Source: Octopus vulgaris (lineage: Eukaryota). From it: a stretch of DNA of 64,000 bases. The notes beneath the pieces are model-generated. The model had not been told where the DNA came from and ran no database searches. It saw only the letters and a list, made by a program, of their open reading frames with translations. The translations under genes were made by a program, and so were the position numbers. The first letter of the stretch is position 1. Each line of letters opens with the position of its first letter. Below are positions 26,785 through 38,890 of the stretch, piece after piece. Location of the stretch: positions 117,366,001 to 117,430,000 of the forward strand of contig OX597823.1 in the NCBI GenBank assembly GCA_951406725.2, given 5' to 3'.

Positions 26785-27869
26785 CCCTTTCGTTACTATA
26801 TTTCTGACCAAAATACACCCCTCATGAGTTTCAATTAAATTCTAAAATAATCATGAATCTAGGCTTGTTTCATTAAATAACTGTAACTTTTTTTACTTAT
26901 CAACATATTAATGTGATATTTGGAACATAATTAAAGAAAGGGTTCTTAATCAATTCTATTGCATAACTTTTGTTTCAAAGTGACTTTAATTACAGGTAAA
27001 TCCAGGTAAATTGAGCAAAAGGTAAAAATATTAAAATTTTGTTTAAACATCACCATAGAAAATAAATCATCAGCTAATATTCAAATGGGTATGCAACAAA
27101 ATTTTGATAAAGAAGAATTGTGCACATCACTATATCATCAGTTGAATTTAATACACAACAGGTGTACCATAAAGGTGGAATAAACTGAAATTTTGGAATC
27201 CACCGTAAGTTTGACCGAACTAAAGAAATCGGTCAAAAAATAATATACGGCCCTGGTTATGGTATGGAAGTGATAAATTCCAGACCACATCGTTCCCTAG
27301 GCCATGCTGACTAACATTATTTTCCCTGTATAAAAACTAAATCCACAAAGTACCCAGTATTTGCTTCACAAATTTTCCGAAATTTGAACCCCCATTTTGT
27401 GTTTGTTTACATTTTGCGTAAGTTTGTTTCCGCATTGATCGCTTCAAACAATAACTTCCAGACCACATCATACCCTAAGCCATGCTGACTAACATTAGTT
27501 TCCCTGTATAAAAACTAAATCCACAACAGTACCCAGTATTTGTTTCACAAATTTTCCAATTCGGAATCAATGCTTGATAACATGAAACTCCTATCCATTT
27601 TCAAAGTTGAAGAAAAATCGATGCCGAAAAAAATATGGAAAAAAATCTCCCAAAATTCAGGGAATTAAAATTACACGTCGATCGTTGTACAAAACTGTCG
27701 ATGAACTGTTTACGAAGCATAATCACGTGTTTTCACAAATGTACTAAAGAGATTTGCTCTGATATTCTCATTTAAATATGAATAGGTAAATTCGGGCGGG
27801 TTTGGGCGGTTTGGTCACATTAACCAAAATTTTTTTCGGGCAGCTTTGGGCGGTTTGGTAAAGAAAGGG
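26785..27869. mobile_element. Non-autonomous piggyBac-type DNA transposon inserted in the PLE RT
   Basis: TTAA duplicated at 26781-26784 and 27870-27873. TIR ccctttcgttac / gtaaagaaaggg. Internal ~100-bp direct repeat (27278-27378, 27456-27557). Excision restores SDMDLNTF-KEILNKLH. Confidence 0.9.
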
Positions 27870-29090
27870 TTAAAAGTGTTTAGGTCCATGTCTGATTTTT
27901 CCCAAAAGATGAAGCAATCATCAAGAAATCGTTTCCATTATTTCATAATGTATATCTTGAATTCCTGGTCAAAGGTTTTTTCTACTTCTTTGAAGAGTTT
28001 TTCCTCCAGAAACCCCATGACCAGGTTAGCATATGAAGGTGCAAAGCGTGTACCCATAGTTGTGCCCTTTATTTGTTTATATGTTTTGTGGCTAAATTTA
28101 AATGTGTTTTCCTCCAGAACTATGCGTGTGGCTTTGATGATGAGATCCATCTTAAAATGTTCATCTATTTTATCTCTATGCCTTGTCACCCAGTATTTCA
28201 CTGCTTCCAGACCTAGAGAGTGGGGAATATTGGTGCATAGGTTGGTGACATCGAAACTTGTGAGTATGGTACATTCTGGGACTATGTCCGGGATATGTTG
28301 TAGGAAATCGATGCCATCTCTTACATAGCTTGGTAGGAGGGGGCATAGAGGTTTAAGTATGATGTCCAAAAAAGTGGCTAAATTGTTGGGTCGGTGCTTG
28401 GGGGCCCGTCACTATTGGCCTTAGTTTCAGGTCTGTAGGTCTTGGTATTCATATATATTTGTTTTTTTTGTTCGTTAATGACATTTTCTATTGCCGAGCT
28501 TTTGTGGATTTTCGGCAAGCCATATATATTCTTTCTCTTTTTCTGTGAAAGAGTCTCGGTATTCTTCGATCAGTTTTCTGATTTTTGATTTTGTTGTCTT
28601 TTCTGGGTGCCCTGGTTCTTCCTTGTAATATGTTTCGTCTGTCAGCATTTCCAGTATTTTGTCTTTATAGTAGTCCTTACCCATGATTACTATTGCTCCA
28701 CCCTTACCTGCTTCTTTTAAGATTATCGAGTTGTCATTTTTTAGTGTCTGTAGTGCTTCTTTTTCTTCTGTAGAAAGGTTTTGTTTGTGTTTTTGTGACT
28801 TCAGAGGAAATTTGGAGATTGTTTCAATATATGTATCCAGATATTTTGTCACTTCCCTTGTGGGGGGGGGGATTTCTTTTTTACTATTGATTCATCCTCA
28901 AAATCCTTATTTCCTAAGAATTCTAGCAGTCGCAGGCGACGGCTAAAGTGTTCCACATCTGATTTCAGTTCGATCAAATTAGGTGTGGGTGTAGGGGTAA
29001 ATTTAAAACCCTTTAGTAATAGTGTCATTTCATTCTTATTTATATTTCTATTTGATAAATTTATTATTTTGGGGTCTGTGTGTTTGTTTA
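27870..29090 (-). pseudogene. PLE N-terminal and RT core (stops and frameshifts)
   Basis: IINLS...LLLKGFKFTPTP; NLSTEEKEAL..LK..IILKEAGKGGAIVIM; RPIV; SFDVTNL.TNIPH; YKQIKGTTMGTRFAPSYANL.MG; WKRFLDDCFIFW. Confidence 0.9.
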
Positions 29091-30505
29091 GAGTCTGTAT
29101 TTTATTGGGTCCAGTGGGTGGTTTTGGAAGTTTTTCCCTAAAAAAGAAGGTGTGTTGTTTTCTCTTCGTCTTCCAGGTTCAGGAATTCGTTTTCCATATG
29201 GTGGGGGAGGTGTTGGTTCAAATCGACTGTAAGGAAGTCTTTGGTATTCGGTTCTGTAATCCTCCCACTTGTCATAGGTTATGGGTCTTTTGGGTTGCAT
29301 AGAATTTTTTGGTTTTCTATGTGGATTGTTTGAATATTTCTTCATTTCTTCGGTCCATCCAGTGTTTTTGGTGTTGTAGGCAGCTGGTTGCTTGTATGTC
29401 AGTTTTCTTTTGTGTCCTTTTTGATTTCTCCAGTCAATATAATTGTGGTCATGGGTGATTGGAAAGTGCGGGTTCCTCAACCTCACTTGGTGAGGTGGTT
29501 CTGCTTTTCCCGTATATGGAGTTGAGAGATATACATTTTGGTAGCTTTTTCTGGTTCTGTTGTGTTCGTAGTTTGAGTTTGTATTCCATTTTCTTGTATT
29601 TTGTTGTTTTTGTTGGTGTAGTTGTGTTTTTGTTTTCATGGTTGATTTGTCTCCATAATTCTTTTCATAGGTTGTAAACCATTCTTGATGCTTTTCCCAC
29701 ATTTTTCTGCATCTTGCTTCTTCTATGTCTGTATCTCTCTTCCATAGGTTTCTCAATTTCTCGTGGCATTCTTTATCACTTCATTCTGTAATTTCAGTGT
29801 GCATGATGGTGCCTATTGTTTTAGTTTTCTCCTCGTATCGTGTTTTTCGAGATTCGAGGAGGGAAATTTCTGTTTCTAGGCGGTATAAGGCTAAGTTTTC
29901 ACGTATCTGTTTTTCTTCTAAAGCTTCGCCCTGTATTTCTTTGATCAGGAATTTCCTGGGTAGGATTGGTTCGGCTTTGCTTCGCCAATTTTTGTAAATA
30001 TTTGCTGTTTTCACAGCGGAAGCTTTTCCAGTAGGCATGTTTTCGTTGGTTTAGGAGTTTTTTTCCAGAGGTTCGGTTTCAGGGGGTTTTGTTCTTGGGT
30101 TTCACTTTTAGTTGGTTTCTTTTATTTGACTCAATTAATTAAGCATTTTCAGTGTTATTCTTATGGAGATCATTTTCTCTGTTGTGGAGAATTGCATCCA
30201 GTTTTAGGATGATCAAGTTTAGTTTTTGGGATATTTCTGTTAGAAGTTTTTCTGCGTTTTTGGTATCTTTTGGTTGAGTTCATTTGTGTTTCGTTCATTC
30301 TGGATTTATAGATTTCTGTAAGAAGATCTTCTGTAGATTCCGTGTTATTTATTCCAATGTTGCATATTCTGCAAATTTGTGTGAGGAGATCTGTCTGTTG
30401 TGAGTATTCTGTTTCGCTTCTTTCAATGAGGTTTCCTGTATTGCTGGAATTTTCTAGTCGTGGGTTTGATTCTAATCCATCCATTCTGAGGTCGTGTACA
30501 TCCAA
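29088..30505 (-). pseudogene. Upstream/N-terminal coding region of the PLE (coiled-coil, Trp-rich, function unknown), fragmented
   Basis: Three successive minus ORFs (30170-30505, 29781-30038, 29088-29756) inside the element, e.g. IYKNW..EPILPRKF...IQGE...IRENLA...EISLL, LWKRD..EE..MWEK.QEWF..YE. Confidence 0.6.
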
Positions 30506-30817
30506 ACAAGTATGTTAGAAGTATTGGGGACGATGTACAGATTTAATACATATGAAAGAAAAAAGATGTTCAGAATGCTGGATGGTTGTAAAAATATATA
30601 TTTATTTACATATCACATATTATTACTTCATATATATATATGTATGTACAAAGTGAGATAGGGGTTATGAGTGTAACCCAGTATGGGATATCAGTTATCC
30701 AATATACTGGTGGTCAAGCACCCAAAAGGCAAATACATAAATGCTTACAATTGCAATGCAATTAATTCATTTATTGTATTAGATGGGCGAAGGTAAAATG
30801 TTTTACCTCAAATTCAT

Positions 30818-31187
30818 AATACAAATAAGAAAATGGAGGAACAGATTCCTTTCAATCATCGACTTACGGATATTACCAATTCATATTATTTATTAACTAC
30901 GTAAATAGGAACATCCAAATCCAACAGAATAAAACAGTATACATCAATAAGTAAGATAATACCATAAAAATAATACACATATAATGGATCCTACAGCTGT
31001 TTTAGCCTGTAGATAAGGTATCTCATTCTGCATATATTAGTCAGATGTATTGAGGTAATATGCAGTTAGAAATGAGTTACTTATATATATATAATCTTAT
31101 ATATAATCTCGTCAGAGATTATAAAGTACAATTATAAAATTACAAAAATGCAAATATAAATATGAAACAAAATACACATACGCAAGA

Positions 31188-31218
<31 letters not shown>

Positions 31219-31901
31219 TATATATATATGTATATATATAATAATATACATACACATAAGGTTACAGATAATCAAATATATATACTGGAGTATACATATA
31301 CATCCACATCAATTGGTATATATACAAAGTACAAAGTTCATTACATTATCAAAACTATTAATATTATTATTATTATTAATAATACCAATATTAGATTGTG
31401 TGCATTCTGCTATTCACAATACATAGTAGATGGAAAATACCACATAAAATATAGTATAATATAATATAATATATTATATATCACATATACAATATAGTAT
31501 AACATAATATATAGACAGATGTTTATGAAAGATGCAAGCACATTAATTCAACAAATTATGTCATTATATTCATATATCATACAGTCAAAATCTAAACTTC
31601 AGTCTTATTCTGCATACATATATATATACATACAGCTAACAAATACATGTATATGCATATACATACATGCGCAAAAAACATCTACTAATACATATACATA
31701 TATAAAGAGATTTTATCCTTTTACATCATACAAAAGATATATGCATGTACATACGTAGAGTTCACAGATCAAGAGGTAAGAGATAGGTCGTTACGGGCTA
31801 TGCTTACGTCCTATTTATGTAGTTAATAAATAATATGAATTGGTAATATCTGTAAGTCAATGATTGAAATGAATCTGTTCCTCCATTTTCTTATTTGTAT
31901 T
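30818..31901 (-). mobile_element. Non-coding PLE-derived element with inverted ~92-bp repeat and degenerate HHR
   Basis: 30818-30910 is inverted at 31809-31901. HHR-like motif at 30987-31119. Confidence 0.6.
30987..31119 (-). ncRNA. Degenerate hammerhead-like motif with long stem II
   Basis: Minus strand ATCT-CTGACGA-(~105 nt containing CTCATT..CTGCATAT/ATATGCAG.AATGAG stem)-AAAA(for GAAA)-CAGCTG-TA-GGAT. Confidence 0.5.
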
Positions 31902-31957
31902 TATATATATATATCATTATTTAACGTCCGTTTTCCACGCTAGCACGGGTTATATAT

Positions 31958-32108
31958 GACATGCTTCTTTCAGTTTCCGTCTACCAAATCCACTCACAAG
32001 GCTTTGGTCAGCCCAAGGCTATAATAGAAAACACTAGCCTAAGATGCCACATAGTGGGACTGAACCCGGAACCATGTGGCTGGTAAGCAAGCTACTTACC
32101 ACACAGCT
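31958..32108 (-). mobile_element. SINE family A, 5' half
   Basis: Head and body up to the internal microsatellite. Confidence 0.8.
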
Positions 32109-33989
32109 GCTAATTTTTATTTTATCATCTACCTGTATTGAAATTTTGACAAAACTGGTTTTAGTCTTCAAAGTAAGCAGGAGTTGAGAGACATTGCTCT
32201 CTTGAATGACACTAACACATCCTAAGTCAAGTATATGGTACCAGTTTCAACTTACAGCAGTAAACTGTATCTCTTCTTCCAGTTATGTAAGTTACTGCTA
32301 ACCAGGTTTGACTTTGACAAGTCAGAATTGAAATGTGTTGGTATGTTCTGTAAAGAAAAGAAATTTTAATGTTTCAAAGTAAGATTTTATAAAAACTTTA
32401 ACCAAAAATATTAGATCTTTTTCTCTCTATTGCCTCTTTCTATGGCATTAACTCTTCGTAGCACAGATCTCTTCAGGTCTTCACAGTTGATGGGGATTCT
32501 ATAAATCATTGAAAGTTGTATTTTCTGGAAGACATGGGATGTGAACTATTGATTCTTCAGGTATTTCGCTGATAATCTGACAACCCAGTTAACATCATCT
32601 CTAATAAACATGGACATTTCCTGCAAAATTGACAGAAACACAATCTTATTCTTTTTACAATAACACTATCAACTTACAGTGTAGCCATTGTAATATCTTT
32701 AAAACAAGAAATCACTCTTTTTAATCTAACATTCTTTGGTAATTCTAACTCTATATTATTTTCAGTCTGAGATTCGATCCTATATGATAGAAATTAATCC
32801 CCTTCTTTATCTGGCATAAATTCCTCTTTCTTTCTTTCCAACTCCCATCTCTGTTCAGCTAACTAATGTCATATTACTTGTTCTTTAAATGAAGAAATCA
32901 TCAAAACCCAAAGATAAGATTCCACTATGTAATTCACTGTCACCTCATATTTCACATAATTCCAGTCATATTTCATCTGTCTATAGAAATTCCTGCTAAA
33001 ATAAATTACAAAAGTGACATTAACAACAAAGTAGATTTCCAACCTTATCCCTATGTTCTTTGATTTAATTACTCACACACGATTTATCAATTTCGTTTTA
33101 TTTTATTTTTAAATAGCGAGGTCTTCAAATTTCCTCTATATCCTCATATCAATTATATCAATTTCCATTTGCTTGATAATTACTTTTGGAAATATCATCA
33201 TCCTCACTGTTGTGACCATCATCATCATCATCATCATCAATAAGTCAACAAAAGCAACAGAGTACTCGAAGGCCTTACACTATTTAATCTCATCAATCAT
33301 TATTCTGATTTGAAACTCTGCTGTGGTTGATTGATCACCTAACTCTCTAGGCTCAATGAAATAAGTAGCAATGAATACGGTTGTTAATTCAATTAATTAT
33401 ATACACTTACTTAAATAAAACGAAAAACAGTTGTCTTGTATTTAAAGAAAATATCGTAATTATTGTTATTGTTGTTGTTGTTAAGGTTGCTTGCATAGTT
33501 GATATCTAATCAACATTTTATGGTGGTGAAATTGGTTAAAAATGAACCACAGTAAGATGTTTTATTTCATTACAGATTCAAGTCGTAGGGTATATTAAAT
33601 TCACAATAATGAACTAATAAAATGCTTGTTAATCATTCAGTGCTTTCGCCACTTACTGTGATCAACTGTACCACCTCATGACACCTATTAACAAATACAA
33701 GAACAAAGTCAACAAAAGTGTCTCAGCTACTGGAGCAGCTCCTCCAGTTTGCCAGCTCTTGTCAAACCACCCAACAAATAATGATGATGCCAGCTCTTGT
33801 CAAACCACCCAACAAATGCTGATGATGATGCCTCCCCCCCCACACACACACATAGTCACTGATTATACAGACACTATCATTGATAGCATATAGACCATCA
33901 TGATGGTGTAACATTATCAGTTTAGTTAACTGTGAGTCAGCCTCAGCAGTGAAATTAGTGGCAACTGTAGAGCACCAACTAAATTCTTT

Positions 33990-34345
33990 CATCATCATCA
34001 TCATCGTTTAACGTCTGCTTTCCATGCTAGCATGGGTTGGATGAATTTGACTGAGGTCTGGCGAACCAGATGGCTGCACCAGGCCCCAATCTTGATCTGG
34101 CAGAGTTTCTACAGCTGGATGCCCTTCCTAACGCCAACCACTCCGAGAGTGTAGTGGGTGCTTTATACATAACACTGGCACGGGGGCCAGTCAGGTGGTA
34201 CTGGCAATGACCTCGCTCAAATCTTTTTACACATGCTACCGGCACAAGTGCCTGTAAGGCAACGTTGGTAACGATCACGATCGAATGGTGCCCTTTTACG
34301 TGCCACCGGCACGGAAGCCAGATGGCTGCTCTGGCAATGATCACG
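33990..34345 (-). mobile_element. RTE 3' UTR fragment with (GAT)n tail
   Basis: catcatcatcgtttaacgtc.gctttccatgctagcatgggttgga...ggatgcccttcctaacgccaacc. Confidence 0.85.
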
Positions 34346-36457
34346 CTTTCCACTTCCTTTGTTACAAGTTCAAATCTTACAAGAGTTAACTTTATCCAGA
34401 AAAACAACAATATTCTAGAATCAAATAATTGAATTCTATTCCTTTCTTTTGTCTTGTGATGAGGGAGCTTTGGTAAATAAAGAGTAAAGATCTCCTTCAG
34501 TCATGAAAGACCATGGGGTTGCCCCTAGAAAGTTCCCATCAGAGACACAAGTCTGGGCAAGACAGAATAACCATTATTTAGTGAAATTAAGCAAACCAAT
34601 TATAGATTTCCCTTACAGACATAATTCATTTTGCAAATAAGTTAATGAAGGAGCCTTTTAGGGGTTGCTTGACCTTGAATTAACAGCCTAAAAAAGGGAC
34701 TGCATATTGTAGCTTGTAACACACTATACAGACTAGCTACACTATGTCTGAGAAAAGAATGGTATGGTCCACAAGTGATTCATCTTGATCATGAGTCTTC
34801 TAGACCAGAGCTGACCTAGGGTTAAATAACAACAGTTTGGTTTTGCTGTGAATTTTGTTTTGGTTTATAAAATCCAAGTTTATTGGCCAAAGAGGATGTT
34901 AGCTGTTGAATAGTGTAACATTAAATTAGATTCTAATTACTTTATGACATTGTATTCTGTAACTAAACATTTACAAGGTGTGTACGCCTGACTGAGAATA
35001 CATGTGACTCATATCTAGCCTAAGGACACGTTCAAGTTCTCCATTATATATGATCTCATTAACAACCTGTACAACAACACTGGCTATGTTTACACACACA
35101 CAAAATTAAATACCATACTAATGAAAAACCTGTCGCCATTCATTATAATTTTTTTAATAAGAATATGTAAAATTAATCTATATTAACTGTTTTTCATTAA
35201 AAACCATCTTGTTATTTCCAAAACTATTTTTATATTTTAATTAAAATTTTATATAAATGGCTTTTGAAATTCGTTGATGTTATTGGCTAATTCTAATTGT
35301 AGTATAATTCTGAGGTTTTCTATTAATCACATGTACTTACAGTGAGAGCTGAAGGTTAGGTCAAAAGTAGGAGAACTTATCCATAACTTAGAGTTAATCA
35401 TTGCTGACACATAGGTTGCGTCTCCAGCATTGCTCTTCATTACCTCCATTTTACAAGAATTAATATCTTATCCAGCCATCTCGCTGCAAACAAATTGCTT
35501 CTGGCAGAGCATGTTGGTCAGTTACAAAGATGTTACATTTAAAATTATCCGACTTTGACCCTGCAGAAATACCTCCCTTGGTTATTAGACATTCCAAATC
35601 ATGATGATCATATTAGAAAATGATGGCGCTGTATAGAATATTGCCAAACTGAAGCACAGTTTGGTGTAACAAAAAGAAAATGGTATATGTCGGATCCTTA
35701 TTCATAATGAAATAAAGATTTTATATCATGCGAAAGTCTTTTTAGTGGGATGTGATGGAATGATATTAACATAGTAGTTATAACACAAGGCTGAATCTAG
35801 TATTGAATATGACAGGTGTTTTCTGCACAAATATAGAGTAAAATGTGCTTAAGGCATTTGCAGGTACATTTAAAATTATCTAACCTAAGTGAAAATATAT
35901 GAAAGTAAAATTTTCAGAATTAAAAAGAATTTGATAACATTATTGCCAATTTTATGAAATTTATTTATATTTCCAACACATTAATCAATTAGACTTCGAA
36001 ACCTCCAATTATTTCAATTAACAAAATATAAACATTGTGTTTCACTGTTAAAATATTTCATACACTTTTAATTAATCTAAGAAAGTTTAGAATAATAATA
36101 AGTTATGCTTATTGGAAGAAAAGAAAATTTTGGTGATTGTTTAGTAATGTTGAGACTGTATATATCAGAATCAATGAACATCTTTTGGAAACTTAGCCAA
36201 TAAGATGAAATCATCATCATCTTCATTATCCCCATCTTCACCATTTTCACCTATTGGCTATGCTTTGCGTTGAATTTATACTGCTTAATTGGTAAAACAA
36301 ATAATTGATCATGTAAAACTGAGAAAATATACATGTTTCTGAGAAAGATGGGGCAATATTCTTTCACAGAGATGGAGTAAAGACTGAAAAAAGCTGTTCC
36401 TGATTTTAAAAGGAAATCTATCTTACTGAATATGAATAATTGACATGCAATATCTAT

Positions 36458-38890
36458 CATCATCATCATCGTTTAACGTCCGCTTTCCATGCTAGCATGA
36501 GTTGGACGGTTCAACTGGGGTCTGGGAAGCCAGAAGGCTGCACCAGGCCCAGTCTGATCTGGCAATGTTTCTACGGCTGGATGCCCTTCCTAACACCATC
36601 CACTCCGTGAGTGTAGTGGGTGCTTTTTACGTGCCACCAGCACAGGTGCCAGATGAGGCTGACAAACGGCCACAATGTGATTGAGGTTTTTTACGTGCCA
36701 CCGGCATGGGGGCCAGGCAAGGCTGGCAATGGTCACGATCGGATGGTATCACAGCACTGGTATCACAGCTGCAATTTCCATTGATGTTGATCGATTTGGA
36801 TTTGGATTTTCACTTGCCTCAACAGGTCTTCACAAGTAGAGTTTTGTGTCCCAAGAAGGAAAGGTATGCATAAGTGGTCTGGCTACATCCCATGTAGAGG
36901 CCATGGGTAATGGTTTCACTTGTCCTGCCGGGTCTTCTCATGCACAGCATACTTCCATAGGTCTCGGTCTCTAGTCATTTCCTCGGTGAGACCTAAAGTT
37001 CGAAGGTTGTGCTTCACCACCTCGTCCCAGGTTTTCCTGGGTCTGCCTCTTCCACGGGTTCCCTCAACCGCTAGGGTGTGGCACTTTTTCACACAACTAT
37101 CTTCATCCATTCTCACCACATGACCATACCAGTGCCAACGTCTCTCTTGCACACCACAACTGATGCTTCTTAGGTCCAACTTTTCTCTCAAGGTACTTAC
37201 ACTCTGTCAAGTATGAACACTGACATTACACTTCCATCAGAGCATACTGGCTTCATTTCTTGTGAGCTTACGCATATCCACAGCAGTCACAGCCCATGTT
37301 TCACTGCCATGTAGCATGGCTATTCGTACACATGCGTCATACAGTTTGCCTTTTACTCTGAGCGAGAGGCCTTTTGTCACCAGCAGAGGTAAGAGCTCTC
37401 TGAACTTTGCCCAAGCTATTCTTATTCTAGCAGTTACACTTTCAGCACACCCAACCCCGCTACTGACTTGGTCACCTAGGTAATGGAAGCTATCAACTAT
37501 TTCTAGTTTTACTCCCTGGAATGTGGCAGAAGTTGGTCTCTGCGCATTTTCAATGTTTATTGCTCCTGAGCATCTGCCGCATACTAAAACTATCTTCCCA
37601 GTTAGCCTTCCTTTGATATTGCTGCACCTCTTATGTGTCCATAGCTTACACTTGGTGCATCTTATAGAGTTTCTACCTACGCCTTTTCTACAGATCGAGC
37701 AGGGCCATCTACATGAAGCCGTTTGTGATTTGTCTACCTTCCTACTTATTACGACTTTGGTTTTAGCTAGATTGACTCTAAGACCCTTCGATTCTAATCT
37801 GATAGCGACTCACCAATTAGAGCAAGGTCATCAGCATAGAGGAGCTCCCAAGGGCATCCTGTCTTGAATTCCTCCGTTATTGCCTGGAGGACTATGATAA
37901 ATAGGAGGGGGCTGAGGACTGTGCCTTGGTGGACCCCTACCTCTACCTGGAATTCTTCACTGTACTCGTTGCCAACCCTCAACTTACTAGCAGTGTTCCT
38001 GTACATGGCTCGTACAGCTCTCACTAACCATTCGTCTATCCCTAGTTTCCTCATTGACCACCAGATAAGGGATCGGGGGACCCTGTCGAAGGCTTTCTCC
38101 ATGTCAACGAAAGCCAGGTACAGGGGCTTATCTTTGGCTAGGTATTTCTCCTGCAGCTGCCTTACCAGGAATATAGCATCAGTAGTACTTTTCCCTGGCA
38201 CAAACCCAAACTGCATCTCATCTAAACTAACTCTCTCTCTAATTAGTTGGGCTATGACCCTCTCCGTAACCTTCATTACCTGATCCAACAGCTTGATACC
38301 TCTGTAATTATTTGTATCTAGGGCGTCACCTTTACCTTTGTAGCAGTTGACTATTATGCTGCTACACCAGTCATTGGGCATGACTCCTTTGTGTATCACC
38401 TGATTAACTATACGGGTGACTAGGCTATAGCTGACACTACCAGATATTTTGAGCATCTCTGCAGTGAGTCCAGATGGGCCTTGGGCTTTCCCTGTATTAT
38501 TGCCTTAACTACCAAGGAACTGTCAACTCGGATAGCTGGTCCCTCTGTTGGGTCAACATTCGGCAGACTCTCTTTATCCCATTCATTTTCTTTATTCAGC
38601 AACCTTTCATAGTGGTGTCTCCAAACCTCTCTCTTTGCATCCTCATTTAGCGCAAGTGAACCATCATCCATGCGAATACATTTCTCTCCTACCACATCCC
38701 AATTCTCTCTCACATACTGTCTTGCAACACGAAATACTTCAAGTCTTTGGTCCTCACGGCTCAGAACATTGGCAAATTTTTTCTTATCTGCTTCCCCTCT
38801 TGCTAAATAGACCTGTCTCCTAGCTTTTGGCAGTCTGATACAATTCCCTGCTACCACCATTCTTCCAGTCCTTCCAAGCCTGTCTCTTTT
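36458..38890 (-). mobile_element. 5'-truncated RTE-clade LINE (RT, C-terminus, 3' UTR, (GAT)n tail), frameshifted
   Basis: YKGKGDALD.NNYRGIKLL, QFGFVPGKSTTDAIF, AFVDMEKAFDRVPR, GVHQG.VLSPLLF, LLYADDL, W.GHV.RM, RGRGRPRKTW. Confidence 0.93.
37570..37701 (-). other. PHD-type (C4HC3) zinc finger encoded within the RTE RT region
   Basis: CSIC-RKGVGRNSIR-CTKC-KLWT-H-KR-C-SNIKGRLTGKIVLV-CGRC, located between NLAKTKV and V.SF.YLG. Confidence 0.8.

Larger units (their letters stand above)
24459..30629 (-). mobile_element. Penelope-like element, Neptune-type, near full length, disrupted
   Basis: ~80-bp direct repeats at 24459-24537 and 30551-30629. ORF remnants contain the PLE N-terminal, DKG, RT, thumb, Zn-finger-like and GIY-YIG motifs. 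Embedded in (TA)/(TATG) microsatellite. Confidence 0.92.
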
